Program-made: the position numbers and the translations under genes | Notes under the pieces: generated by a model | Told to the model about the DNA's origin: nothing | What the model saw: the letters and a program-made list of their open reading frames with translations, nothing else | Databases searched by the model: none | Part shown: positions 7,530-16,622 of the stretch, in pieces | How positions within the stretch are numbered: position 1 is the stretch's first letter | Layout: the number at the start of each line of letters is the position of its first letter | Assembly: GCA_964449985.1 (NCBI GenBank) | Contig: CAYVCG010000008.1 | Span: forward strand, 7,805-47,429 | Direction: 5' to 3' | From: an uncultured Defluviitaleaceae bacterium | GTDB taxonomy: Bacteria > Bacillota > Clostridia > Lachnospirales > WRAX01 | Length of the DNA: 39,625 bases

Positions 7530-9608
7530 TTACAGCCTTATAAGCTCGGCTATGCTCATCGCTATATTGTCCAAAATATCATAGAACTTATCATTTAAAT
7601 CATAATATTTGCCGCTAGGCTTTGTCAACGGGTCATAAGCTTCTATGCTTTCTCTATCTTTTCTGGCCACAACGTATGTGGTGACGTTATTATCCATAAG
7701 CATATCACAAATATCTGCAACGTGCCTTCCGCTGTTTGTCGGAACATGAGGCGGCGCATCAGTTATTAGGATAAACATATTTTTCGTATCCGGCTCTGCG
7801 CCTTTGGAACGAAGCAAATCCACGCCGGTTTCCAGCGCATCCAAGGATGATTCCGGTATATCTCCTCCGTATGTCCTTGGTATATTTTTAACCTGCTTCT
7901 GGAACTTTTCTATGTCATCGGTAAAGTTATAAACGCTCGGCTTTTCCTTTTCGTTTAAATCTCCAAAGCCGATAAGCCCCAGCTTATAACCTGCTCCCTT
8001 GGAGTTTAGTATGTTGGAAAACTCTATCGCCCTGTCTTTAACGCCGTTTATATACGTATCCATACTGCCAGTTGTGTCTATAAGGAATACGATATTTACT
8101 TTGCCGCCCATTACTTTCATTTCTTCCCTCGGCGGCGGAGCAGATGTCTTTGTTCTGTCAAACTCTGCCCTTTCAGTTCTGCCTGTTTCCAAATCCTTAA
8201 CATAAACCTCAAACAGATTGTTTTCGTCTATAGCATAAGTTATCTCCAACTGAGTTGTGCCTTTAAGCCCTGTAAACGTTACGCTTCCGATATATTTTCT
8301 TTCAGCTTCATGGCCATCTTCCCATTGATAAACGTCTACGCTGACCATCGTAGCGCCAGACATACTGGCAAAGTTTGCATCGGAAAAGCTGCTGGGGATT
8401 GGGCTGCCCATCGGTATAATTGGTATAAGCCCGCGCTCCATCGTAGAGATATTAGTAACCGCTTCCGTTCCGAATATTTGGCGCGTTATCTGCCCTACCT
8501 TAACGTTGCTGTTTGGCAAATGTATCAAATAATTGTATATAGCGGCGCCCATGGCAACGCTTTTTGCAGGGTCTGTCGCACGGTACGGCTCTTTTAATAA
8601 TCCTGCCACCATACGTTTTACCATAGGTATAAGCGTTGAACCGCCAACAAGAATTACCTTTGAGATTTCATCAGCATCCTTGCCGGAGCGTTTTAACGCC
8701 TCCTCGACTATATCACGGCTTCTATCCACATACTTGCGGATCATCGCTTCAAATTCTTCTCGGGTTATCTCAAGAGATAAATTTTTCGGAACACCTTCAT
8801 GGATAATAAGCGGATGTATACGAACGGCTACTTTATTCGTGCCGGATAACTTTTTCTTTGTTTGTTCCGCTTCCTGCTTTAGCTTTTGGATGACGCGTTT
8901 CCGTTCGGAATTCTCAAGCGAATCCAAATCAATGTCATGCTGGGCTTTAAACTGCTCCTTCATCCATTTTATCAGCTCCGAATCAAAATCGTCGCCGCCA
9001 AGGCTCATATCGCCCACGTCGGACAATTCCTGAAAAATCTCCTGATCGTTTTCATCTTTAGAAACCTTTAAAACGCAAGCATCAAACGTTCCACCGCCAA
9101 GGTCATAAACCAAAAGCGTCTGGGCATAGCTCTGTTTAAAGCCGTATTCAATCGCTGCCGCCAAAGGCTCTGATAACAAATAAACCGTTTTAAAGCCGGC
9201 CATAAGCCCCGCTTGCTTTGTTGCAAAAATCTGCCTATCGTTAAAATATGCAGGATGGGTTATAACAACCTCGTCGAAAGTCTCCCCAGCTTGTTCCTCT
9301 GCCGCGGTTTTAAGCCGCTTTAAAATCTCAGAGCTTATTTCCTCAGGTGTTTTCTCCAGCTCACCTATGTTTATTTTTTCGCTGGAGCCCATAAAACGTT
9401 TGATAGAAATAACCGTGGTTTCCGGGTATATGATAGCGCCGGATTTCGCTTCGTTGCCCACAATAACGCCATCATTCGTATAGCTGACAACGCTGGGCAG
9501 AATTTCATCTGTCCCGTCAATTTTAACAACCTCCAGGCTGTCCTTTTTATCGTTATAAATAATCGCTACTGAGTTTGTTGTTCCCAGGTCTATGCCTAAG
9601 TAAGCCAA
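7530..9608 (-). CDS. Hsp70 (NBD plus beta-sandwich SBD) fused to a C-terminal von Willebrand factor A domain
   Basis: Hsp70 motifs GIDLGTTNS, LLVYDLGGGTFDACVL and ILVGGSTLIPMV. SBD-beta strand TQLEITYAIDENNLFEVYVKD. Then comes a short PPP linker and a vWA domain with MIDAS-type NIVFLIDTTGSMD (DTTGS at 8064-8078) and FILITDAPPH. I prefer the TTG start at 9608 (GGGGAGGG SD 5 nt upstream); the track start at 9722 would overlap the upstream gene by 77 nt. Confidence 0.88.
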   Translation of the reverse strand: MAYLGIDLGTTNSVAIIYNDKKDSLEVVKIDGTDEILPSVVSYTNDGVIVGNEAKSGAIIYPETTVISIKRFMGSSEKINIGELEKTPEEISSEILKRLKTAAEEQAGETFDEVVITHPAYFNDRQIFATKQAGLMAGFKTVYLLSEPLAAAIEYGFKQSYAQTLLVYDLGGGTFDACVLKVSKDENDQEIFQELSDVGDMSLGGDDFDSELIKWMKEQFKAQHDIDLDSLENSERKRVIQKLKQEAEQTKKKLSGTNKVAVRIHPLIIHEGVPKNLSLEITREEFEAMIRKYVDRSRDIVEEALKRSGKDADEISKVILVGGSTLIPMVKRMVAGLLKEPYRATDPAKSVAMGAAIYNYLIHLPNSNVKVGQITRQIFGTEAVTNISTMERGLIPIIPMGSPIPSSFSDANFASMSGATMVSVDVYQWEDGHEAERKYIGSVTFTGLKGTTQLEITYAIDENNLFEVYVKDLETGRTERAEFDRTKTSAPPPREEMKVMGGKVNIVFLIDTTGSMDTYINGVKDRAIEFSNILNSKGAGYKLGLIGFGDLNEKEKPSVYNFTDDIEKFQKQVKNIPRTYGGDIPESSLDALETGVDLLRSKGAEPDTKNMFILITDAPPHVPTNSGRHVADICDMLMDNNVTTYVVARKDRESIEAYDPLTKPSGKYYDLNDKFYDILDNIAMSIAELIRL

Positions 9609-9645
9609 AACGCCCTCCCCTTTCGTGTATGTGATTAACCAAAAT

Positions 9646-11283
9646 CTATGATATAATCGTCTTTTTAAACCTATCCGGCGCAAAGTTTTGTTTAAACCCG
9701 CTCGGTGCAATTTCCTCGACAAAGCCCAAATCCTCTACCATGCCTTTAACCAGACCGCCGTCTTCTTCCGCCATAAGCGTTATTTTAAGCTTAGTCTTTC
9801 CGCTTGGTCGCTCTGGCAAGCCCTTTATCTCAACATCGCCGATAAGCTTGCAGTTTTCAAAGCTGTCTTCTTTATCAATGCGCTCTAAAATTCTTAAATC
9901 AAACTCCGTCATATCGCTTGGCTTGTCTCCAGACAATGTAAATATAGAGTTTTTCTTAGCCAAAGCATAGGGTGTGCCACGCCTTATCATCGTGAAAAAT
10001 GATTTCCTTACTCCATTAGTAACTTCTAAGCCAATATCATGCGGAACAGTTACCTCAAATTCAACGGACATTTTTTCCGTTTCCATTTCCGGCTGGGATA
10101 AAAGCCCCATTTTCATAGCGGCGTAATACGTAGCACCGAGGGATATATCCAACGCCGGGCGTTCCGACGTATAAATCTTAGTTTCGTCATTGAATATGCC
10201 GATAAGCATATCCTTCACCCACGGCATTTGTGATGAACCGCCCTCCAAAAGCACCCTGTCTATATTATCAGGTATGAGCGCGCCTGTATACGTTTCCCGC
10301 AAGGCTTTTAATACAAGCTTTCTCGTCTTTTCTATAAAATCACCGATAAGCTCCTCAAACTGGTCTCTAGTTATGTTTTCAACAAAAGGCGGGATGCAAA
10401 ACGTAAACGGGATACGGAAGCTTTTAACCCCGGATAGTCGCTCCTTTGCTTCTCTGGCACGCAAGGCAAGCTCTATTTGGTTTTCTATTGATATGTCTTC
10501 ACGTTCCTGCCCTGTTTTGTTTTTTATGAACTCAAAGCATTTGTTCATCAAAACGTCATCTATATTATCGCCGCCATGATAAGCTTCTCCGCCCTCGCTT
10601 ATTACTTGCAGTTTAACATGTTTATCGGTTTTTTCTAACACATGGAATATCGTTATATCCAGCGTTCCGCCGCCGAAATCAAACACCATGATTTTTTCGC
10701 CATCACTTAGCTGATGCCGGAAGTTATAAGCCAAAGCAGCAGCCTTTGGTTCTTCTATAAGGCAAATGAGATTATCCGAAAGCCCGGCTATTTCACAAGC
10801 CCGCATCGTGGCTTTTTTCGCCGCATCATCAAAGTCATACGGCACGGAAACCACAAGCCCGGCTATCTCCGCTTTTGGGTTTAGCCCTTGGCAATGCTCC
10901 ACAAGCTCACAAAGTATCTTTGCCGAAATATCCTCAGGCAAATATGCCTTGCCGTCTATTATTATCGTTTCATTCGTTCCCATTTTGCGCTTAATAGAGC
11001 GCACAGTTGTTTCCGGATAAATCTTAATGGAACGGTATGCTTCTTCACCGATAACCCATTCGCCGCCGGATGGTTCGTCCTCATCTTTTCTGTATTGAAC
11101 AACAGAAGGCAAGGGCACCTTTCCAAAGCCGTTGCTTATATCTATCGGCTCGCATCTTTTGCCCGTATTGTCCCAATAGCTGATTATGGAGTTGGTCGTG
11201 CCTAGGTCTATGCCAAGGATATACCACTCTTCCGGCAGGGAACCTTTTTCTTCAATACTCCGTTTATATTCCTCCCAATTCAT
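9646..11283 (-). CDS. Hsp70-family ATPase, lidless paralogue
   Basis: GIDLGTTNSIISYW, IMVFDFGGGTLDITIF, LLEGGSSQMPWV. C-terminal SBD-beta (GLPERPSGKTKLKITLMAEEDGGLVKGMVEDLG) with no helical lid. 545 aa. Confidence 0.9.
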   Translation of the reverse strand: MNWEEYKRSIEEKGSLPEEWYILGIDLGTTNSIISYWDNTGKRCEPIDISNGFGKVPLPSVVQYRKDEDEPSGGEWVIGEEAYRSIKIYPETTVRSIKRKMGTNETIIIDGKAYLPEDISAKILCELVEHCQGLNPKAEIAGLVVSVPYDFDDAAKKATMRACEIAGLSDNLICLIEEPKAAALAYNFRHQLSDGEKIMVFDFGGGTLDITIFHVLEKTDKHVKLQVISEGGEAYHGGDNIDDVLMNKCFEFIKNKTGQEREDISIENQIELALRAREAKERLSGVKSFRIPFTFCIPPFVENITRDQFEELIGDFIEKTRKLVLKALRETYTGALIPDNIDRVLLEGGSSQMPWVKDMLIGIFNDETKIYTSERPALDISLGATYYAAMKMGLLSQPEMETEKMSVEFEVTVPHDIGLEVTNGVRKSFFTMIRRGTPYALAKKNSIFTLSGDKPSDMTEFDLRILERIDKEDSFENCKLIGDVEIKGLPERPSGKTKLKITLMAEEDGGLVKGMVEDLGFVEEIAPSGFKQNFAPDRFKKTIIS

Positions 11284-11306
11284 TTACCTTCACCTCAAAC
11301 TATATA

Positions 11307-12884
11307 TCAAACAATGGACTCAGTATCAAACACAAACTCACGCTCATAATCCGATGATGGGAACAACTCCCCAAAGCCTAAATCCCGCACCTTCGCCTTT
11401 ATAACATTACTACCGGAAAATCCGATGGATATGGAAAGCCTCGTTACCCCGGCAGGCCTATCCGGCAAACCATCCAACGCTAGGCTCTTAATCGGCGTCA
11501 TTGTGCCGGATTTATCCCTTTTAAACATTTGTATATGAGCCGCAGGGCTTGTTGGCTCTGTAAGTATAAACTGCTTCGGGGGATGAGTTTGCCACCAAAA
11601 TGTACTACTCTCAACAATCGGGGTAAAACGCTCCCTGTTGTCCCGCAGTATTTTAAATCCAATGTCATAATCAATCCTGTTTTTATCCTTTATCAAGAAC
11701 TTTTTGCCGGAAAACGCACAAAGCTCCGTTGCAGCGGCAACGCTTGCACCCTCGGCTGTAACACCTTTTGGATTTTTATAAATTGCTATTTCCGATTCAG
11801 GGAATGCTTCTGAAACAACCTCTCTGGCCCATAACATCTCGAAACCGCCTCCGACGCAAATAACAGACGATATATCTTTAATATCGATACGTTTGCCATC
11901 AGATGTTTTGCGAGCCTCCATCAAAAAAGCCTCAACGCATTCCTTTAATGGACCGACAATCTCTTGCGCCATATCATGCGAAATACTTGCCTGAAACGGG
12001 GGATAAGCAAAATTGTAATAAATTTTAAGCGGCTTCGACTTTATATCCTTTCTAAACAACAAATCCTTATGCTGATACGAAAATATTTCAAGCTGTTCCC
12101 TTTGCCGCTGATCAAGCCGCTCTGGCGGTATATTAAAATGCCCGCAGTATATGTTCTGAAACATTTGAGAAACAACTTCATCAACAATATCTGTTCCTAG
12201 CGATTTATCAAACAAAAATGAACGACAGTCCACACTGACATTTCCATCATCTTCGGGGCAAATATCATAAACACCAGCCCTTAATTCTCTTGCGCCAAAA
12301 TCTATTATCATTACTGTTTCTTTTTTTATAGCTCTATCAAAATAAAACCTGTTTAAAACACATTCCCTATCATCCAAAAAACCGAGCAACGGCTTTTCAT
12401 AACCTGCACTCTTTAAAACCGCCGAAAGCTCGGCTTCGGCCTCCTTGCCCAAATAAGCAGGAACACTAACAGCAATCCCTGCTATCTCTGCCTTAGGATT
12501 TATATTTTTGCAGTTTCCGACGAGCTCTTTTATATACAAGCCCAAAATGGATGTAACACTAACAGGCTTTCCGGAAACATCAACATACTCACCCAACCCC
12601 AGCTTTTGAACCAACGACAGAATCGTTATATCTTTGCTCCCAGAGCGATTGGCCATGGCATATTCCCCAAAAACCCATTCCTTAGTATCCGCAACATATT
12701 GCATAACCGTTGGAACAGAAGGCTTTCCATAGCCGCCGGATATATCAATAATCTCAGGGGCGCTTTGATTAAGATCAAAATAAGCGATAGCAGACGTTGC
12801 GCTTCCGATATCAAGGCCAAGGATAAAATAATTCTCTTGCCTTATGCCGTTTTTAAACAGCTCCGTAAACTTTCGCCTGCTCAT
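11307..12884 (-). CDS. Hsp70-like protein with degenerate nucleotide-binding motifs (predicted pseudo-ATPase)
   Basis: Same overall layout, including SBD-beta (GLPDRPAGVTRLSISIGFSGSNVIKAKVRDLG). Phosphate-1 reads GLDIGSATSA instead of DLGTTNS. Phosphate-2 reads IIDFGARELRAGVY instead of DxGGGTxD. The adenosine motif reads CVGGGFEMLW. Confidence 0.8.
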   Translation of the reverse strand: MSRRKFTELFKNGIRQENYFILGLDIGSATSAIAYFDLNQSAPEIIDISGGYGKPSVPTVMQYVADTKEWVFGEYAMANRSGSKDITILSLVQKLGLGEYVDVSGKPVSVTSILGLYIKELVGNCKNINPKAEIAGIAVSVPAYLGKEAEAELSAVLKSAGYEKPLLGFLDDRECVLNRFYFDRAIKKETVMIIDFGARELRAGVYDICPEDDGNVSVDCRSFLFDKSLGTDIVDEVVSQMFQNIYCGHFNIPPERLDQRQREQLEIFSYQHKDLLFRKDIKSKPLKIYYNFAYPPFQASISHDMAQEIVGPLKECVEAFLMEARKTSDGKRIDIKDISSVICVGGGFEMLWAREVVSEAFPESEIAIYKNPKGVTAEGASVAAATELCAFSGKKFLIKDKNRIDYDIGFKILRDNRERFTPIVESSTFWWQTHPPKQFILTEPTSPAAHIQMFKRDKSGTMTPIKSLALDGLPDRPAGVTRLSISIGFSGSNVIKAKVRDLGFGELFPSSDYEREFVFDTESIV

Positions 12885-12910
12885 TTCGCATACACACCCC
12901 TTTTACAAAA

Positions 12911-14848
12911 CTATCTTGCAGCGATAACATTTGCTCTTATCAAAACCCTTTCGCCGCTTTTATAACCCCGGTTCATAAGCTTTATAATCTCGCCTTTTTT
13001 ATAATCTTCGTTTTTCTCCGCCATAAGCACCTCATGTTCCTTTGCATTAAACATATCATGGGCCACAGGCGCTATTGGCGTTATGCCGTTTATTTTCAAT
13101 ATATTGTCAAGCTCTGCCGCCTTATTATAAATAAAATCAGCAAAACCCGATACATTTTCGTCTTCGCTCGCTTTTAACAGCGAAACCGAATAATTCATAA
13201 TCTCTTCAAAAGTGGACATTTCAAATAAAACGTAATCTTTTACAAAACCGTCAGTCTTTTTGACCACTTCGTCGATCTTTCTTTCATATGCCTTTTTCTG
13301 CTTTTCCTTATGCTCCAAAGCCAAATCACAGTTTTCTATATCAGCAAGCATACGTCGAATAACAAATGAACCGCGCCTATCATCTCTTGAAAGTGCAGCA
13401 AGCCGCAAAACAAGCTCTCCCATGCATTGACTAGCCTGGTTTTTTATCTCGCTCTTTTGCGTATCACTTATGGCCAATTCATCATTTTCCTTAGAATAGC
13501 TGACATGGGCATACGCATCAGACTCTGCCTTAAATTCGTTTTTGTTTTCATCAATGCTTTGGATCTTTATAGCAACCGTCTCTGCCACACCCGTTATTAT
13601 CTCAGCTTTTTCGCTGGATGTAAGCGCTTTATTAATATCCTCTTCGTTATAATAATCTAATATGGATTTAAACACGCCGTTCATCTCATCAGCCATAACA
13701 ATGGCATGAGAAAACACCTTTTTTATTTCATAATATTGTTTTATCGAATTATTTTTCTTTACAATCCGCTCCAACGTGTTTATTATCTCTTTTTCCATAT
13801 GCTTGCAAAAATCATCCATACGGCCTTCCAGAGAAAGCGCAAACCCTTCAAATACAGAAATCTTTATAAAAGAAACACCACTGGTATGAGAAAGAAGGCT
13901 TTCCGAAAACTGCTCGCGGCTTTGAGCAAGGCTTGTCTGCCCTTCATCCGCCTTGCTTTCCCGCGCGGCCTTTAGCCTTGATATTATATCAGCAGTTTCT
14001 TTGCCATATCGCTGATAAGCTTCTCTAAGAAGATACAGCATCTGTCTTATAATCGAAACTGTGCTTTCATTCTCGATTCCGTTTTCCAAATAGCTTTCCA
14101 AAACCCCTGCCTGAACCTTTATTATTGCACCCAATATCTGGTATTCTTCGTTTAGCATAGTGATATAATGATCAACGGACTTTCTTTTCTCAAGGTCATT
14201 TATATCTGTCACGGCTCTTTCGGTTGTATTGCAATAAATAGCATAAAATTCCTCAAAGCAATTCTTTTCTATGCATGAACCCATAAGATTAATAAGCTCT
14301 ATACCGTTGCTCAAATCAACAGACTGCAAAAACAAACGCCTCGCATGATACACAACGTCTTTTTGCTTTTCCATCTTAAATTTATAACAGACGGAATCAA
14401 AGGCCTTGTCAAAAGATTTTAAAGCCTTGGCTATAATCTCTCTTTTTTCAATGGAAACCGGATTTGAGCCATCCGCTTGTGGGCGCTCTTCAAAAGCTTT
14501 TAGGCGTGATACGATTATAGAATAAAGCCCGTCATAAATATTCTTTATTTGTATATCAGAAAACTCCAATGGATTTTCCTCATAAACACTTACAGCGGAT
14601 GCATAACAGCCCATAAGCTTACAATAATAATCATAAATACTTTCGTCATAAGCGCTTAGCTTTGAATCAGACATGGATGCCGAATATATTTTATCGCTAA
14701 TAACCTTTTTAATAAGGCGCAATAACTCGTCAAGGCTATCCGCCGCATAATCATCAATAAATGCGGCGGCGGCGTTCCATTTTTTTAATATTAAATTTTC
14801 AGCACTACCGGCATTCCTTGCCCTAACGGACGACTTTGCCATTTCCAC
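12911..14848 (-). CDS. Large helical protein with a C-terminal GrpE-like nucleotide-exchange domain
   Basis: The last ~110 aa (about 12914-13250) match the GrpE four-helix/beta-domain pattern: INGITPIAPV.HDMFNAKEHEVLMAEKNEDYKKGEIIKLMNRGYKSGERVLIRANVIAAR (compare GrpE G.e.i...G..FDP..HEAv...e.....v..v...GY....rvlRpA.V.V). The preceding ~530 aa have no counterpart in ~190-aa housekeeping GrpE. The start is GTG 14848 or ATG 14842. Confidence 0.75.
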   Translation of the reverse strand: MEMAKSSVRARNAGSAENLILKKWNAAAAFIDDYAADSLDELLRLIKKVISDKIYSASMSDSKLSAYDESIYDYYCKLMGCYASAVSVYEENPLEFSDIQIKNIYDGLYSIIVSRLKAFEERPQADGSNPVSIEKREIIAKALKSFDKAFDSVCYKFKMEKQKDVVYHARRLFLQSVDLSNGIELINLMGSCIEKNCFEEFYAIYCNTTERAVTDINDLEKRKSVDHYITMLNEEYQILGAIIKVQAGVLESYLENGIENESTVSIIRQMLYLLREAYQRYGKETADIISRLKAARESKADEGQTSLAQSREQFSESLLSHTSGVSFIKISVFEGFALSLEGRMDDFCKHMEKEIINTLERIVKKNNSIKQYYEIKKVFSHAIVMADEMNGVFKSILDYYNEEDINKALTSSEKAEIITGVAETVAIKIQSIDENKNEFKAESDAYAHVSYSKENDELAISDTQKSEIKNQASQCMGELVLRLAALSRDDRRGSFVIRRMLADIENCDLALEHKEKQKKAYERKIDEVVKKTDGFVKDYVLFEMSTFEEIMNYSVSLLKASEDENVSGFADFIYNKAAELDNILKINGITPIAPVAHDMFNAKEHEVLMAEKNEDYKKGEIIKLMNRGYKSGERVLIRANVIAAR

Positions 14849-14909
14849 AATTCCCCTTGCTTATGTTTTGCAACCGCTTATTAATTCAATTCTAACTAAA
14901 TCAGTCGCT

Positions 14910-16589
14910 TTATGAATACAGTTCATCAACGGAAAGCTCCGTTGTTACGCCGTCAAGGCTTGTGCTCTTTGCCATAACTTTAAGCATATTGTCTTGGCTA
15001 ATATGAAAAACAATCTTGACCTTTTCCTGACCCTTAGGCCCTTGCGGGATGCCGCGCAAAGATGTACCAGCAAGGCGTTTCATTCCCTCTTGGTTTACGA
15101 ACTCTGTCTTGCCGTCTAGCGCTGGTATCGCGTTTTCATAAACAACTATAGCCATGCTCGTTACATTATCAAAATTAGTCGTCAAAAGCTCATCTGCTTC
15201 AATCGTAAGGCCATCCTTAGGGATATCCAATCCCTGAGACACTATCTTCATGAACCGTCTTCCTGCGATTTCTAGCCCAAGCGGATGGATCGTCTTTTCA
15301 TGGACAACCGGCCCTTTAACAGTCGGCATCATTATCATATTACAATAATACGCCGCTCCTTGGGATATGCTAAGCGCAGGGCTTATCTTAGATTTAAACG
15401 GCTCTTTGCCAAACTTTTCGGATATTCTTTCGCCAACTGAGTTTATAGACGAACTGCCTCCAACAAGGAATATCTCGTCAACCTCGTCTGCCTTTATATT
15501 GGCAGCCTGCAAACAGTTGTCAATACATGAAAGGGTAATTTCGATAATATCGTTTAATGTTTTGCCGTTAAATTTATCAAAAATCTCCGGCTTATCACCA
15601 AGCTGGTTTACGCGGGCATGATTCATAAAATCTTCCCTTGTTATTTCCATATTTATGTTTATAATCTTTGGCTCTTGAATAAACGGAGCAAGCGTTACCT
15701 TCGTGCTCTTAGCCTGAGAAAGGCGTTCTTTTGCCTGATTTGCCACCTGCTGCAAACGCACCAAAGCGACCTTCTTTTGGCGTTTAGAAACACCGTCATC
15801 AACATCTTCATTAAAAAGGTCTATCTCATTATTAGTGAGCTTTTTAAACTCCTCATAAATCATATCCATAATGATTTTGTCTATATCATTACCGCCAAGG
15901 TCATTATCGCCATATGTGCTTAATATGGAGATACTCGGTTCATTAGCTTCGTCCGCCTTTATTTGGAGAATGCAAGCATCAAATGTTCCGCCGCCGAAGT
16001 CATAAACCAAAACCTTTTTGTCGCTTGTCTCGTTTATCGCATAGCTTATTGCGGCAGCTGCCGGCTCTAGCCTCAAATATATATTTTCTTCATCAAAACC
16101 GGCCAAAAGAGCAGCCTGCTTTGTCATTTGCTTTTGCTTGTCCGTAGAGTTTGCAGGAACGGTTATAACACAGCCGGAAAATTCTCCGGAAATATTAAGC
16201 TCCTCTTGAGCATATTCATCAGCCTTTTGCTTTAAATAACCCAAAATCTCGCCGGCAATCTGCTCCGGCGTAAAAACATGCTCTGCCTCGTCCACAACAA
16301 CAGTTATCTTTTCATCAGATCCGAGAAGTCTTTTTATAGACAAAACGGTGCTTTGGGGGTAAATAATGGCAGCTTCTTTAGCCTGAACTCCAAATATTCT
16401 GGAAAGCTTCTTTTCATCCTCCGGATCGGTTTCAAACTGGATAGCCGTTGGGAAGATGTTGCTACCGTCGATGGGTATGGTTTGCGCCTCACCGTCTTTA
16501 AAATTATAAATGCTGACGACAGAGTTTGTCGTTCCAAAATCAATACCGAGATACAGGCCTCTTTCCAAATCAAGCCCTAGCGTTCCCAT
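14910..16589 (-). CDS. Hsp70-family ATPase, lidless paralogue
   Basis: GIDFGTTNSVVSIY, VLVYDFGGGTFDACIL, FLVGGSSSINSV. SBD-beta (HPLGLEI..., GIPQGPKGQEKVKIVFHISQDNMLKVMAKS). The protein ends 20 aa after the last beta strand. AAGGAGGG SD. Confidence 0.9.
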   Translation of the reverse strand: MGTLGLDLERGLYLGIDFGTTNSVVSIYNFKDGEAQTIPIDGSNIFPTAIQFETDPEDEKKLSRIFGVQAKEAAIIYPQSTVLSIKRLLGSDEKITVVVDEAEHVFTPEQIAGEILGYLKQKADEYAQEELNISGEFSGCVITVPANSTDKQKQMTKQAALLAGFDEENIYLRLEPAAAAISYAINETSDKKVLVYDFGGGTFDACILQIKADEANEPSISILSTYGDNDLGGNDIDKIIMDMIYEEFKKLTNNEIDLFNEDVDDGVSKRQKKVALVRLQQVANQAKERLSQAKSTKVTLAPFIQEPKIININMEITREDFMNHARVNQLGDKPEIFDKFNGKTLNDIIEITLSCIDNCLQAANIKADEVDEIFLVGGSSSINSVGERISEKFGKEPFKSKISPALSISQGAAYYCNMIMMPTVKGPVVHEKTIHPLGLEIAGRRFMKIVSQGLDIPKDGLTIEADELLTTNFDNVTSMAIVVYENAIPALDGKTEFVNQEGMKRLAGTSLRGIPQGPKGQEKVKIVFHISQDNMLKVMAKSTSLDGVTTELSVDELYS

Positions 16590-16622
16590 AAAAAATCCCT
16601 CCTTAAAACATGTTTTATATCA

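Noticed and set aside
8533-9033. 166-aa plus-strand ORF, and other 60-130-aa plus-strand ORFs across 7999-20796
   Set aside because: All are antisense or out of frame relative to long, motif-bearing minus-strand genes of the Hsp70 operon. They have serine/leucine-rich antisense-type composition and no SD.
7530-9722. Track start (9722) for the Hsp70-vWA gene, giving a 38-aa basic N-terminal extension
   Set aside because: It would overlap the upstream Hsp70 gene by 77 nt and has no SD. A TTG at 9608, 5 nt after GGGGAGGG, starts right at the conserved ...AYLGIDLGTTNS strand.
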